Shown here in pieces: positions 37,382 through 49,745 of a stretch of DNA of 64,000 nt. Below the pieces are notes generated by a model that saw nothing but the letters and a program-made list of their open reading frames with translations, made no database searches and was not told the origin of the DNA. Within the stretch, counting starts at the first letter, position 1; each line of letters begins with the position of its first letter. The stretch comes from Eremomyces bilateralis CBS 781.70 (Eukaryota). The position numbers and the translations under genes were made by a program. The DNA lies in NCBI GenBank assembly GCA_010015585.1, contig ML975160.1. One strand, written 5' to 3'.

Positions 37382-38476
37382 ATGTCGTCGTCCCCGAAAA
37401 CGTCCGCGACGCCCTCCAGAACCCCCGATCCTCTGAATCCGCTACAAGGTTCTACAATGCCTTCACGCAATCGGTCACTAGGTCGCGACGTCCATATCTA
37501 CGATGCTAACGACCGCACTACTGTTCTCGGTGGCTTAATCCTTACAAATGGCGTCACGAATGCCAACTTCTACTCAATGGTGGAGATTATCGTCTTGTTC
37601 ATAACTGATTTCGAACTACAAAACGAAGAGAGCACCAAGATCCAAAAGACTGACGATCCGCTTCGGCCGGGGAATTACTACATTCATGCCGCTGGTAAGT
37701 GTCTACAGCCATCTTATCATACCTAGGCTAATCTTTGCTCCGAATATAGGTTCTTTCTCGGTTAACAACGAGTCGTGGCTAGTCCGTACAATATCTCATG
37801 CCAGTGGAACTCGTACCCAGTGTTTCCGCGATGCTGTACGCTCACGAGATCGTCGGTGCGTTATATCTGGGGAGGTGGCAATCTCGGCGCAATTCGACCG
37901 CTGGGACGGCTTTGAGGCCGCGCACATATTTCCAATAGCCTACGAAGGTCATTGGAAGGATCATGGCTACGACCGCTGGATTACTATTCAACCAGACAAC
38001 GGCGGAGCAATCAACTCAGTACAAAACGGGTTATTGCTTGATTCTTCCGTACACCAACTCTTTGACAATTACATCTTCTCTATTAATCCAGACGTATGTA
38101 TGTTATACTCTTGTAGCGGTATTCTGGCTAACTAACATTATTCCAGGACGATTATAAGATTGTGTTCTTTGACCTTGATAGAAAAAGTCTTGCCGGCAAG
38201 AATCTCGACCGACAGCTACTTGATGATCCTCAACGGCCTATTGATCAGCTACTACGATGGCATTTCAGGCAGGCTGTTCTAGCAAATATGAGAGGCGCTG
38301 GCGAGCCTTACTTTGAGCATGACTTCCCTCCTGGCTCCGACATAGTTGGCGATATACTAAGTGGCTCGAAGGCTGCTGAAAGGATGGAGTTTGAGTTATT
38401 CAATCGCCTGGCAGCTCAAGTTCCAGTGCACGGCATATCTCAAAGTCAACAGAAGGCTGGGCAAGACTCCGGGTGA
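37382..38476 (+). CDS. Fungal HNH (HNH_2-type) endonuclease
   Basis: Motifs RDRRCVISG, FEAAHIFP, NSVQNGLLL, HQLFD and LLRWHFRQAVLANMRGAGE. Two GT-AG introns at about 37695-37750 and 38093-38147. Confidence 0.85.
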
Positions 38477-38550
38477 GGGCTTGGCGGCGCTAAACCCGAA
38501 ATGAGGGAGACTAAACCGGAAGAGGGAAGTTACCAGCTCCTCAGTCTCCC
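38451..38550 (+). repeat. ~105-bp dispersed repeat, copy 1
   Basis: GGGCAAGACTCCGGGTGAGGGCTTGGCGGCGCTAAACC...CCGGAAGAGGGAAGTTACCAGCTCCTC. Related copies at 49394-49497 (inverted) and 55834-55939. Confidence 0.85.
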
Positions 38551-38965
38551 TACTTAACTAAAGATGCTGGTAGAACGTCCTGAGAATTCTCAGGTTCCTA
38601 GAGGGGGTTTTGCAGGATATTTTCTCTCAGCGCTTTCATCCTTGTGCCAAGACACCCATAGTATTGATGTCTGTGTTACTAGTAGTCGACCAATCAATCC
38701 CTTCCCTGTGACGCCCGATATCTTAGGGGCACCTCTGCCTCCTTGTTGGGACTTTTGTGTCATTGATACGTCCTTTGCTGCCGCCCAAATCTTTGAGGAG
38801 ACAATCCAATCGGTTACCGGTCCTAAAAGCAAGGCACAGCCAGAATGGCGACTTCTTCTGCTGTTGATGTTCTGGACTACGGACTGGAACTGGGCTCCTA
38901 CTACAACACTTCTCTAGGAAGAAGCTGACCGCGCTCCTACACCTTCATTTTCCCGCAATTACATT

Positions 38966-41298
38966 ATGGAAGATGTTGACCTGTTAGGACTGAACGCATT
39001 TGAAGAACAAGTCCAAAAACTAGGAGATGTGAACAGTCGAGGGGAGACAGCAACTCGCTTGAACTACGCATCAGTGATGAATAAATGGAAGCGGTAAGCT
39101 CTGTTATGGGCACGGCAATGAGCACCAGCCGACTAACGGAATCCCCAAGGTTCTGCAAGTATCGAGAATATTCCGAATCCCCAGAGGAACGGATGAAGAT
39201 GGCAACAAGCATCGACGTCATTGTTTTCTTGGTGTACATTATAGAGACCGGTCGGATCGGGACGCCCGTATCATTGAAAAACTATTACACTCGGTTCAGT
39301 GCGATTCGACATCAGAAGTTCTCGGACGCAGTTCCGTGGACTAAGACGCAACGAAAGTCCATAACCACTGTAGGTGCATATGCGACGGCCTTCCGTGTAA
39401 CTGAGCTGAACTGGCTAGTACATCTTCGATATATTCGCGCAAAAGTACAGGTTAAGCAACCTTCGCGAGCCTGCTTCAGTGATTGACTTCAAGGATCTGT
39501 GTACGATCTTGGAAACGCACTGGGAGCGGTTGGACTTGTTCTTCAAGAACGGCTGTATGCGTCTACAGTTCGCTTTAGCGATCTTGATCCACGCTTATAC
39601 TGCGACTCGGCCAGGCGCTATCCTGTACGGCCTACCTCATGTGCCAGATGAAGAACCGGAGCCGTAGTACACGGAATTCAACCTTACCGAACTAAGCAAG
39701 CTACGCTGCCTATGCTACAAGCACATCACGATCAAGCTGGTAAAGTATGAGGATCCTACCATGAGGGATCTGTTCTATGTCGACATCGATCTTAAATGGA
39801 CTAAAGGAATCAAGCGGCACGGTAACCGGTGAGGAGACTTGCAAGTTTATATCTCTGCATGGCTTGAGGCTAATCTGCGAGCTGTCCAGGAATATTTTCA
39901 TTCTTACAAAGAGTGCTGTTCCAATGTTGTGTCCCGTGCTCCATATCCTGGCTCTTGCAATCATCGATGGCGCGCTGGAAGTCGAACCGTTCTCGGATTC
40001 AGCAGCTGCACCGCGACGACTTTTTCGTACGAGGGTCGGAAATGTTGTTGAGACTAGGACTATACACATTAAAGACTTATGTCGTGAATGGCCCATTTTC
40101 CGGGCCCCTGAGGATGATGTTCTTCCGCTTTCCCGGGGCGCTTACAACGGCCAGCAGCAACGATTGGGATTACATGCTGGGTATCCCCAACTGCTGCGAT
40201 CATACGACTTTCGACGAGGCGCTGGCGAGGTAGTCAATAGTAAGCTGTTGGTTTCTCTCCTGTCATTATCTGGCTGACCGTGTTTATGAAGGAGTTGCGA
40301 GCCAAGGAACGCTCCAGCAAGTAATGGGCCGTCGCGATGGTGGGATTTACCAACACTACATCAATCCGCGAGTAACCCTAGACGTTTAAGCCGCCTTCCT
40401 TCACGTTCCTTCCAATAAATCTTTATTCCAGACAGTGACGCACTTGAGGACCCGTCGCGACCCCCGCGCCCCAGCCCGTCTCTCAGCTAACGCGAAACTC
40501 GAGGTGAAGGAGACGCCGGAGTTTCGAGAGAAATGCCGGGTGCGAGATCGATTTTGCACAGAGATTCGTAAGACGTATGGTACCATCTTAAACGCAAAGG
40601 CCACCAACCCTGATAAGCCTTTACTGAAGCAATATTCGGAGGCGTTAAAAACAGTCAATAGCCTTCGCCAAAAGCTAGAGAGGGAAGCCTTGAATGCACT
40701 TCGAGCTAACTACTTTCGAAACAGAGACACAGTCGAGATCAACGCCGAGTTCCAGGGCGGTCCTAGAGAGCAACAGGAAGAGTTTAGCACTAAAGATGCG
40801 CCTACTGGCCACCCACAAGTGATTGCCACAGGCAAGCTAATCATCAAAGGCTTTTCTCATCCTGAAATCAGTGGGGATATCCAGACGGGAGAGCGAATCC
40901 ATGTTCTTGAGTAAATGGCCCGATTGGGCAGGGTGACGGAATGCTCGAGACGAGAGCGGAGACTGATCCCGAGTGGACAAGAGACCGAGGTTAAGGTTGA
41001 TGCTATGTTAGAAGAAGACGTTAAGTCAGAGAGTGATGGGCCAACGCCGTTGTTGCTATCGCAATGCATCTTCTGCCGACATGATCAGACTCTCCCTCCC
41101 AGTATCCGGATCTATGAGTTCTGTGCTGCCTACAAAATGAGGGAGCACGTCGAGAAGATACACCTACGCGCTGAGGGTGCCATATCATGTCCAGATCCGT
41201 GCTGTCATGACTTGGAGTTCGACAGCCGGATGCACTTCAAGAATCATGTGGCTACAGTACATAGTATCCGCCTTCATGGTACGTGCTTCTTCAGATAA
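38966..41298 (+). pseudogene. DUF3435 tyrosine recombinase (Starship captain-like) with C-terminal zinc finger, inactivated
   Basis: AYTATRPGAIL (catalytic R), LCYKHI, LKWTKG, CPVLHILALA, WPIFR, SYDFRRGAG, QVMGR (expected MGH), IYQHYI, RDPRAP, CIFC and CPDPCC...HFKNHVATVH. In-frame stops at about 39665, 40387 and 40912. Several introns. Confidence 0.85.
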
Positions 41299-42353
41299 TC
41301 GGCGGTGTTTCTGCTAACAAATAGCGAAGTTGACAAAACGATGCAGTACGCTCAGGTTTCATGGGCGATGAAATGACGAATAAGTCTTTCGAAGCATAGT
41401 TCTAACTAGTTTCATTTTATGGATAGGCTACCGTACTAGATCTTCCTTTCCATTCCCTTTACCTTAGGTCACGTCGAATGGACATCTGGATTTCCTAGAG
41501 TATCCGCTAGTAGTAATTAGTGGTTGAATTCCCTCTGCTACCTTGCCTGCCCACTGAATAAGGGTTCGTAGCACGCGATATAGAAAGTGATATCGCTATA
41601 ATTGGGTGGTAGTTTATTGTCGTAATTGAGGGTTTGGTTAGTTCCCTGGTTTGGTTTAGTGCTGCCCGACTGGGTAGGTCTAATTATCTGTTGGAAATCA
41701 GTGTTTATTACTTGGTCATCACACAAGATTCCTTACCTTATTCTGTATCTTACGTAATCCTGGGTATATCTACATTGCAAGGTTTTCTACCTTTGACAAA
41801 TACAAGTAATTAATGGAACTTGGTAATCGCAGACCTTGCGCATCCAGACCGTGTCAATATTATTCATATTATTCGTATTCGTTTCGGACCTCTAGGATCC
41901 TCATGCTTTACCAGCTTGATTGTAATGTGCTTGTAGCATAGGCAGCATAGCTCACTTAGCTTATTCAGTCTCCAGAGCCCCCGGTTGTGTATATAGTCTG
42001 GGTAATTCTCGTCTTCAGTAAGTGTTTGGATAAGCTTTCTCTATCTCGTCCGGCCGTCACTACCCATCTTCCTCCTTAGGGCTTGGAGGTTGATTTTCTC
42101 AGCACCAGATTGAGAAGAAGGCAATATTTAATGAACGGCCAATGGCGCACCGCTCGCACTGAAAGACGGAGGAGGCAATGTTCCAGGACTTGGAGACCGG
42201 ACGGTGGGCTCGTGTTGCTGAGTGGCACTGTGATGCTACACAGCTGCCAGCTTATTCTCGTACTTCAGTGCGATCCCCTTCACGCTGCGTCAGTGACCAT
42301 TGGATCTTAGTTGTACTTCACACCGTGTACATGGATTGCAGCATCATCGGCTA

Positions 42354-42552
42354 CCTACATGGGCCTCGCAGAGAGGCCTGACGGGCGTATGAATATCAAT
42401 TAATCAATCTCCTGATTCCTTAAGGATCAGTCTCGTCTTAAACGCAGTGTGCAACCAATACAGAATTCACTATTCACTTGCGATTCGTCTACGAATCGCA
42501 AGAGACACACCATTTTGTATCACGCTAGCTCACCCAACGCGTGCTGTGACAT
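42354..42552 (+). repeat. ~200-bp inverted repeat, left arm (partner at 49493-49701)
   Basis: CATGGGCCTCGCAGAGAGGCCTGAC...TCTCGTCTTAAACGCAGTG...CCATTTTGTATCAC-CTAGCTCACCCAACGCG matches the reverse complement of 49493-49701 with scattered differences. Confidence 0.9.
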
Positions 42553-42734
42553 GCGGATCTGGGAAAATACCGTAGAATGGGGCGCAATCTAGCGGCCAAT
42601 ACTAGAGTAGGAATTCGTTGCTGAATCCACCTCCTATTTCCAACATTGACAACGTACGACGCCTTGAATAATTAACAATGAAGGACCCGAGCACTATGGT
42701 ACCGCATCACTTCAGCACTAGCCGCCTCATATCC

Positions 42735-45700
42735 TCATATTCTTATCGCCCTAACTTTCCACTTCTCCGTCACTTCGAATTTCAAACGCCTATCCCGGAA
42801 GCGCCACGGATCAATAAAGAATCTGACACCAATCTGCCCGCTCAGGAGATTATACACGCGGACGATGCAGTAGACTCGATTAGCGTCAGGGGGACTGGGA
42901 GTGGTCTCATTTTGTTGAGTTTGAATTTGAATTTGTCCAAGTTTAACTTTCCTGAGAGATCGCATCTAATGACAATGAAGGCGGGGATTGGTTAGTAGGG
43001 GCTTTTCGTACGGAAATAGCGTAGTAATCGTAGGGATCAGGGATTAGGGGATAGGAAACTCTGGTGTGGTATGGTGTGGTGAAGATAAAGATTAAGGCTT
43101 ACCAAATCGTACTGATCCTGGCTCATAATGAAGTCCGTCTCACATGGCCCGATGGAGGTTTTGACTTCGAATAACCATTCAAGGCAATCCTGAGATGCAT
43201 AAGTACTTGCTCGGACACAGTATCTTGAGGACTGAGAGGAAGCAGTTCTGTATTGAATTAAGTTCTCCGTACCTGGTCCTCGTCTTCTCCCAGATCTGCA
43301 AGCGAGTCCGGCCACCAATCTTGAAACTCGTCGCCGATGATCTTCGACTGCAAAGTCCTGCCGAGCAAGTTCCTTTGGTCTTTGTACACGATGTCTGCGG
43401 TCTCGCGCTTGTCCCATATCGATACGTACTTGTACTCGTTGTGGGCTTGAACCAAGTGTCTTATCCTGCTCTGCCAGTGTTGAAGGTCGAGGGTGTTGGA
43501 TGTTAAATGTCGCAGCAGTTCGTATACCTGCATCATAAGGTGTTAGCAAATGTTGCTTAGGCATACGAGATCGGGAAGACTTACAAACAGCTCGCCGGCG
43601 GCGCCGATTCGGCGTTTGCTGAGCCAAAAGTCGGCACCAAAGAGGCTTGGATAATCAGAAGGGTCGAATCTTGTGCTGTGAACGGTCAAAGAGGCGAAAT
43701 ACCGTGTGAAATCGTCTGTTGCTGGGCTTGAAACGTCCCGGAAGTCGCTTCCTGCTGATTCGGCTTGCTTGTGTACATGCTCCAGGACTTTCCAATAGTC
43801 TGGTGCTTCAACTGCGTGATTGGGTATCTCAGGTAGAGCATGTCTTGGTGGGCCTTCAGTCTTTCCGTTGACGAGGTTGGATGACCGTCTGGTCAAGGAT
43901 TGTGGCTGTGGCGGTGTCTCAGTCTTAGATTCCAAAGCAGGTGCCGAACGAGATGTTTCGGCCAGCCATTCCACCCGCGAAATCTCTTCTTCGAGCAGGA
44001 TTTCCTCTGTGCCAGACTCAAGCTCGTTGATGATTCGGTCGATCTGCCTTTCACCTCGGGAATCATAGATGTGCAAGAGCCCTGACAGGTATCCGGGAAG
44101 CTGGCTGCGCATGCTTTGCTTTCTCTCCGTTCTGGCCAATGGTAGAGTGATAAGTAGCCCAGCTTCATCTCGTTTCATGATTAGTGATGGTTTATCCCAC
44201 TCAACTTTGACTGCAGTGTCATCTTTTCCGACCACGAGTTTAACAGACATGTCGGCCGAGGTATGGACAGTGGCAGTCGCGAGATCGTTGTACATCTGCT
44301 TGTTTTGGTTTGAAAACATAGGGCTTCGGTGCGAGATGGCACAGCTACAAGAGCATTAGAGTGTTCTACTACCAATGAAAGTTGAATGTAAGCCTTACCA
44401 TGATATAGCATACGCACATTGACGAAATTCGCGTGTGAGTGCGTTGTCCACGGTCGATGTCTCGGCTGAAGTCTCACGACGTACATGTCTTGCGAGGTAG
44501 CGGTCGTCGAGGCGAAGGATTCTGAACAGTTCGTGCAAGAAAATCAAGTGCTCGTATGCGAAGTCGAGCATGACCAACTTGCCACTGAATTTCTCTGCAT
44601 AGTACTTGTTATCCGCGATGAAGAAAGTTTCTTCCATCGAGCGAAACATGTCTTGACCTGAAGGTGATTTGCAAGGCAGATATTTGCTCTGCTGCAAGAT
44701 CTCTATGCTTGTTCCGAATTGAGAGCTTTGGCTGCTGACGTCAAGCAATTCTGACGCCGACAACATGAGTCTTTTGATCTCATCAGGGTTCTTGAATGAC
44801 TTAGCCGCTACGGCAGCCAGTTGCTTCATCATGAAGACATCAGTGACAGTGCTGACGCCAAGGACGTTGACAAAAAACTCCTTCAATTTCGGGTACATGG
44901 CGGCAATCGGTACGTGATTTCCGATCTCGATAGTCATATGCCAGATGCAAGAAGAGGATTTCAGCCATTTATTGCTGTTGCTGTTGCTGTTGTAGATAAG
45001 GGCATTTTCCTTAAAGATAGAACTGCAGTTGTCAGTATGTACACATGCTGATACGATAGTCTTGCTTACCGGAGCGACTGCTTGCCCTTAGTAGTGTCGG
45101 CCATATCTTTGAGCAAGGCATAGATGGCCAACGCACGATCGATAAGTGTCTCGCCAGCTCCATATGATGGAGCATCCTTTATGAACTGGAGCTCGTCGAT
45201 TAAACAATCAATTGTAGCGTCGCCGGTCTTTAGGTATATGTGGAACAAGCCAGAAATCGCAGATTGGTCGTACTTCGATGTCAAGATAAACTTACACATT
45301 AATGGAATATGACTTTTCCAAACACATTCATCGAGAGTGCGCCATTTGCTGCTAGCCGGGTCCCAAACGAGGGTCCCTTCTTTAAATTCATCCTGGGAGC
45401 TGTTAGCAACGTTTGTACGAAGGATCTCCTCGTACCTTGAGAGCTGGCTTGTCTTTGAGAGTAACTCGATCGCCTATATCCTTGTATAGCCAGCCCATCT
45501 CTGTGACACCAATGGCTGGTGGTTCTCCTGCAATAGAGAGCAGGGAAAGAGCTTGCCTGTAGAAAGATAGGTCAGGAGCTGAACCGACTCCTAACTCGGT
45601 CAAAGAAGGCCATTGCGATATTAGGTGGTCGTCTGTGGACTCTGGCAGGGCGAGAATCGGTAATCTCTTCTCAACACCGTATTTCCGTGCAGTTTTGACG

Positions 45701-48186
45701 ATCAGAGGGGTGGGAAACCAAGTCTTTCCGAGCTCTTCGAATCCACCGTGTTGGCAAAGCACCTTGCACTTTATGAGCGCTTGTTTGATATTGCTGTTGA
45801 ATCGGCAAGTGTTGCTGTACTCCTGCACCCAATGATGCTGGATCATAGGAACAAAAGCTGCCGAGTTTTTGTCCCGAATGGTTTCAATCATCCAGTGCAG
45901 CTTATTTCCATCCGTTGAATCTGAGAGGGTTGGATACCATCTAACACCAGCCGTGTCGCACAGCCATTGCTCCCAGGTCTTGCCACCACGAGATCTGGTC
46001 GAGACTGGGGATGCTTGGTACTTTTCGTCCAAGAAATATGTGTTGTACTCCGAATTTTCAGCCAGCCTCAGAAGACATTCCGCATGATATGGTTGATCGG
46101 AACGCATAAACAATCCATTGGAGTTTGCAAAGGTTCCACCAGAGGTGCCTGCAACCAAATTGGACCGTGCTTTGATTGAGAGTTCGCGAGAGAACCAGAA
46201 CAGTAGTTCGAAGTAACTCAGAAAGTTGCGGATGAGCTTGTCTTCGGATGTCGTCTGGGCCATCTCTATAGCATCGCAGAGAGTATCCGGTGGGCAACTG
46301 CGCACCCCGAGCAATTGATACACTTCTCGCCGGGAAGAATCTTTTGCGGCATCCGGATGTAGAACGACAAGATCGATGCCCCTCGGCATTTCAATTTCAA
46401 TTCGCTCGAGCCCGGTCCCCTCGTCAACGACAGTTGGTAAGTAGACATTTGGCCCTGGTTGCCGCCATTCCAGCTTATTTTTTACACGAACGGGCAATAT
46501 GGGCATCTGGTCAATCTTGTCTTTCCATATACTCTTGGTGCCGTGGCTTAGAGCATACTGAATGAATGCCAGGAATGAGTTGTGCCACCGATCTTCCAGT
46601 GGCTGTTTCTGAGTGATCGAGCTGCTGCTTGATATATCATCGTTTACAAGTTCCAAAGCCTCGTTGTATGCCAAGCCTTTGACTCCTAAGGACTTTAAAG
46701 TCGAGATTTGAGAACTGCTGTACTTGGCCGATAAAAATCGCCACAACCCACTCAATTTTGGCAGTAGAGGATCCTTATGATGCTCGAACTGTTTTGGTAG
46801 AATTCGTAGCATGCTTGATTGATGCAGAGTTCCAGCTCGCGAGTAGAATAGTTCTTGGGTTGACAAGTGCTGATGGATGAGGTCCTGCAATGGTTGCCAG
46901 AAGCCATTCATGGGTTGTGGGATGTAAGCGAGCCATTCATATGACAGTTTATTGTCCTTTGACACGATATCCTTCACTGCAGAAGCAAAAAGGGCCGCAA
47001 TTTCGTCCCTTAACTTCCTGTTCCACGGGTTGTTTTTAACACTTTGCCGGTTTCCGGGCAACAAGAAGTCTGCTTGTATAAGGAAGGGCAATTGCGCCAT
47101 TTGCATGACCGGTAAATAAGCAAAAACAAATTGGCCATTCGGCTCAATTGTTGGTGAGCCATTAGCCTGCGCTGTTACTGGAAATCCGATCTTGATGATG
47201 GACACAGACTGGGAGCGTTCGATTTGTTTCGGCATATCTGTGACTTTCTCTTCGAAAGTCAGATAGAAGTGATCCGGTTCCTCGCCTGCCACGGAGGAAG
47301 TAATCCTCGTAATTTTTTTGTCTTCAGATAATGACTTTTCGAGGGTGATTATACGGCTTAGTCCCTCAACGGTCAAGTTGATAGAGATCTTTCTGAGCTT
47401 GCGCAAGGCAAAGAGGAGGCTTGGATGCAGAGCCACCAATTGCGTCGAGATGTGTCTGAATTTCTCCAAGCTGTCCTCTTCTGACATTGAATATCTGAGT
47501 CTAAACCGAGTTTGGACGCCGTGAGGTAGTGGCTTGCGTTGTTCCCATATAGGTGTAATCATGCCTAGGCCATCCTGGTGGCGCTGGTGCTCGAAGCGGA
47601 ATGACCAGAGACAAGACTGGACATGTACTTGATCTGCAACACCGAAAACAGCCTTAAACCCAAATCCTTTCTCCCCGGTTGATTCCTCGTCAAGCTTTTT
47701 AGAACTTTGACCCGTGTCACAGATAGACAGGACGTCCGTTAAGTGAAATCCGATCTCATTAATACCGACATGGAGTTCTTCGGGGAAGACTGTGAAAGTC
47801 ATCGTAGGCATGTCTTCGTTCTGGGCGTACGTTGCGTCGTCGGCGTTTTGGATGAGCTCGAAGAAGAATCGAAACTGGTCGTCATAGAGCTCGTTGGACA
47901 TGCTTCAAGGTCTTAGTGACGACTGAATCGTGTTTTGGGTTAAGTGCTAGGCTTACGCTTTCGTGAATCGAGCCAAATTTTCGCGAGAATTGCTCGCAAT
48001 CATTCTCATCTTTTTCTGGACGGTCGAATTCATCTTCTGCAGCTCCGTTTCATCGTCGCCGTCGAAGACGCAATGCTGCACTCTAATACAGCTGAGAATA
48101 TTCACCACATCCTCTTCGTTCTTTGGCTCGGCCAAGGACCGACCATAAAGCTCATAGTAAAAGTCTGAGAGCTTGCTGTTCGCCAT
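42735..48186 (-). CDS. Large sacsin/NO VEIN-like protein: N-terminal GHKL ATPase and C-terminal NOV/DUF3883-type PD-(D/E)XK domain, multi-exon
   Basis: GHKL motifs FFFELIQNADDA, NEIGF, ICDTGQSSK, TGEKGFGFKAVF and FLIQADF. C-terminal IGAAGELFV, ADI, FEVKTS, FIMSQDQY and CIVRVYNL. The gaps between ORFs have GT-AG ends. Confidence 0.82.
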
Positions 48187-48709
48187 AACAGTATTGTTGT
48201 CTACTATTGCCGTTGAAAGGCTGACGGGGGGGCAGGCGACAGGAAGGCGGGCGACCTAATCCATCTTATGCGCAGCTAGATGGAGACTGCTGACCGCCTC
48301 CTTGTTAACACCATCAGCACAGCGGAAGTTTCGATACCGAGTCACCAGGCCTAGCAAGCGAGGCAGACTTCTGTTTCGCCCTGGCCGAAGGTTTATGCAT
48401 GACGCCCTTTCGTCAACGCCTTTCACGTAGTACACAGGCCGCTTTGATAGCCGGGAGTTGGTGACATGTTTTGCAACCCTGCTCCAGAGTGCATTAGTGG
48501 AATGGGGCGCATAAGCATTAATGAACCTGCATACACCTGAGCCTGCTGTGCCGCAATCTTGACTGGAAGCCGCCAATCAGTAATTAAATCGTGCTAGGGA
48601 TGTAGCCTCCTGCCCTTTAATCTTTGGATGAATGTTACCTTAGTTTACGGTCTAATACGAAGATTGTTTCGAATTGGTTGAACTAGCAGGCGGATGGACC
48701 GATTCAAAT

Positions 48710-49259
48710 CTATACAATAGGTTGACCATTTGGAAATGTACCTGGGCATGAGGGTAGTTGCTGTCCCGCAATGAGATGTATCGTTGCCAGGGTGCGCCAC
48801 CAACTTGGGGTTGAACCTTCACAAGTCCAAGCCTGTGGGTACACCTTAATAGATTTGGAGTCCTGTGGCAATATGGCATGACAATGGATTTCGCATGTAT
48901 ATATATTGACGTTTTTTTCTTTTCCCTCTTTCATTCTCTTCTTCATCTTTCGTTTAGTCCGATACTAGCTAGGTAGCAATAGTCTCCCTCGAGACAGATC
49001 TTACTTCTTCGTACTGTAACAAATGCTTCAAGTTATTTAGCAACTTCAGGAGACACGTCTGCCCCAATGATATGGGTTTCGCTGAATTGTTAATTGAGAG
49101 CGTTGTCTTGCCGGATTTGCTTGCCGGATTATTATGTAGCTCCTCGAGTTGCCCTGCTGGGACCAGGCCATTAAAGATAGGCTCGAGTGTGTTAAAGAAG
49201 ACCGTAGATTCCGTATCCAGATCATGTTCCAGGATTTTAAGCTTAGTATTATACTTCAT
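48710..49259 (-). CDS. Possible small two-exon hypothetical protein
   Basis: ATG-started ORF ending in a GTAAG donor, with a candidate downstream exon at 48710-48960. No recognisable domain. Confidence 0.3.
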
Positions 49260-49393
49260 AGCTCTTCTAACTCTCTACACTAGGTCGACCTAGTGTTCGA
49301 TGGCTGAGATGACGAGCGGGAGCAAAGCGAAACACGACTCTAACAAACTTGAAACCTGAGATTCGGCGAAAAGCGGCCCGAGCCGAGGAAAGT

Positions 49394-49497
49394 GGAGGTA
49401 GAGCTGGTAAGTTCCCTATTCTGGTTCAGCCATCCCTGTTTTAGGTTTAGCACCTCCGAGCTCTCACCCCGAGCATTGCCGAGCCTTCTTCGATGTC
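49394..49497 (-). repeat. ~105-bp dispersed repeat, copy 2 (inverted)
   Basis: Reverse complement reads GACATCGAAGAAGGCTCGGCAATGCTCGGGGTGAGAGCTCGGAGGTGCTAAACC...GGGAACTTACCAGCTC. Confidence 0.8.
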
Positions 49498-49701
49498 ACA
49501 GGCTCACAGCCCGCGTTGGGTGAGCTAGTGTGATACAAAATGGTGTCTCTTGTGATTCGCAGACCAGTCGCAAGTGAATATTAAATTGTGTATTGGTTGC
49601 GCACTGCGTTTAAGACGAGACTGACCCTTAAGGAATCAGGAGAGAAAGAGAGAGAGAGAGATTCATACGCCTGTCAGGCCTCTCGGCGAGGCCCATGTGG
49701 G
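49493..49701 (-). repeat. ~200-bp inverted repeat, right arm
   Basis: Reverse-complement match to 42354-42552, with a GA microsatellite in place of part of the left arm. Confidence 0.9.
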
Positions 49702-49745
49702 AAGTCCAGGGTGGCTATTTAGGCAAATACAAGCCATTCCGGCTT

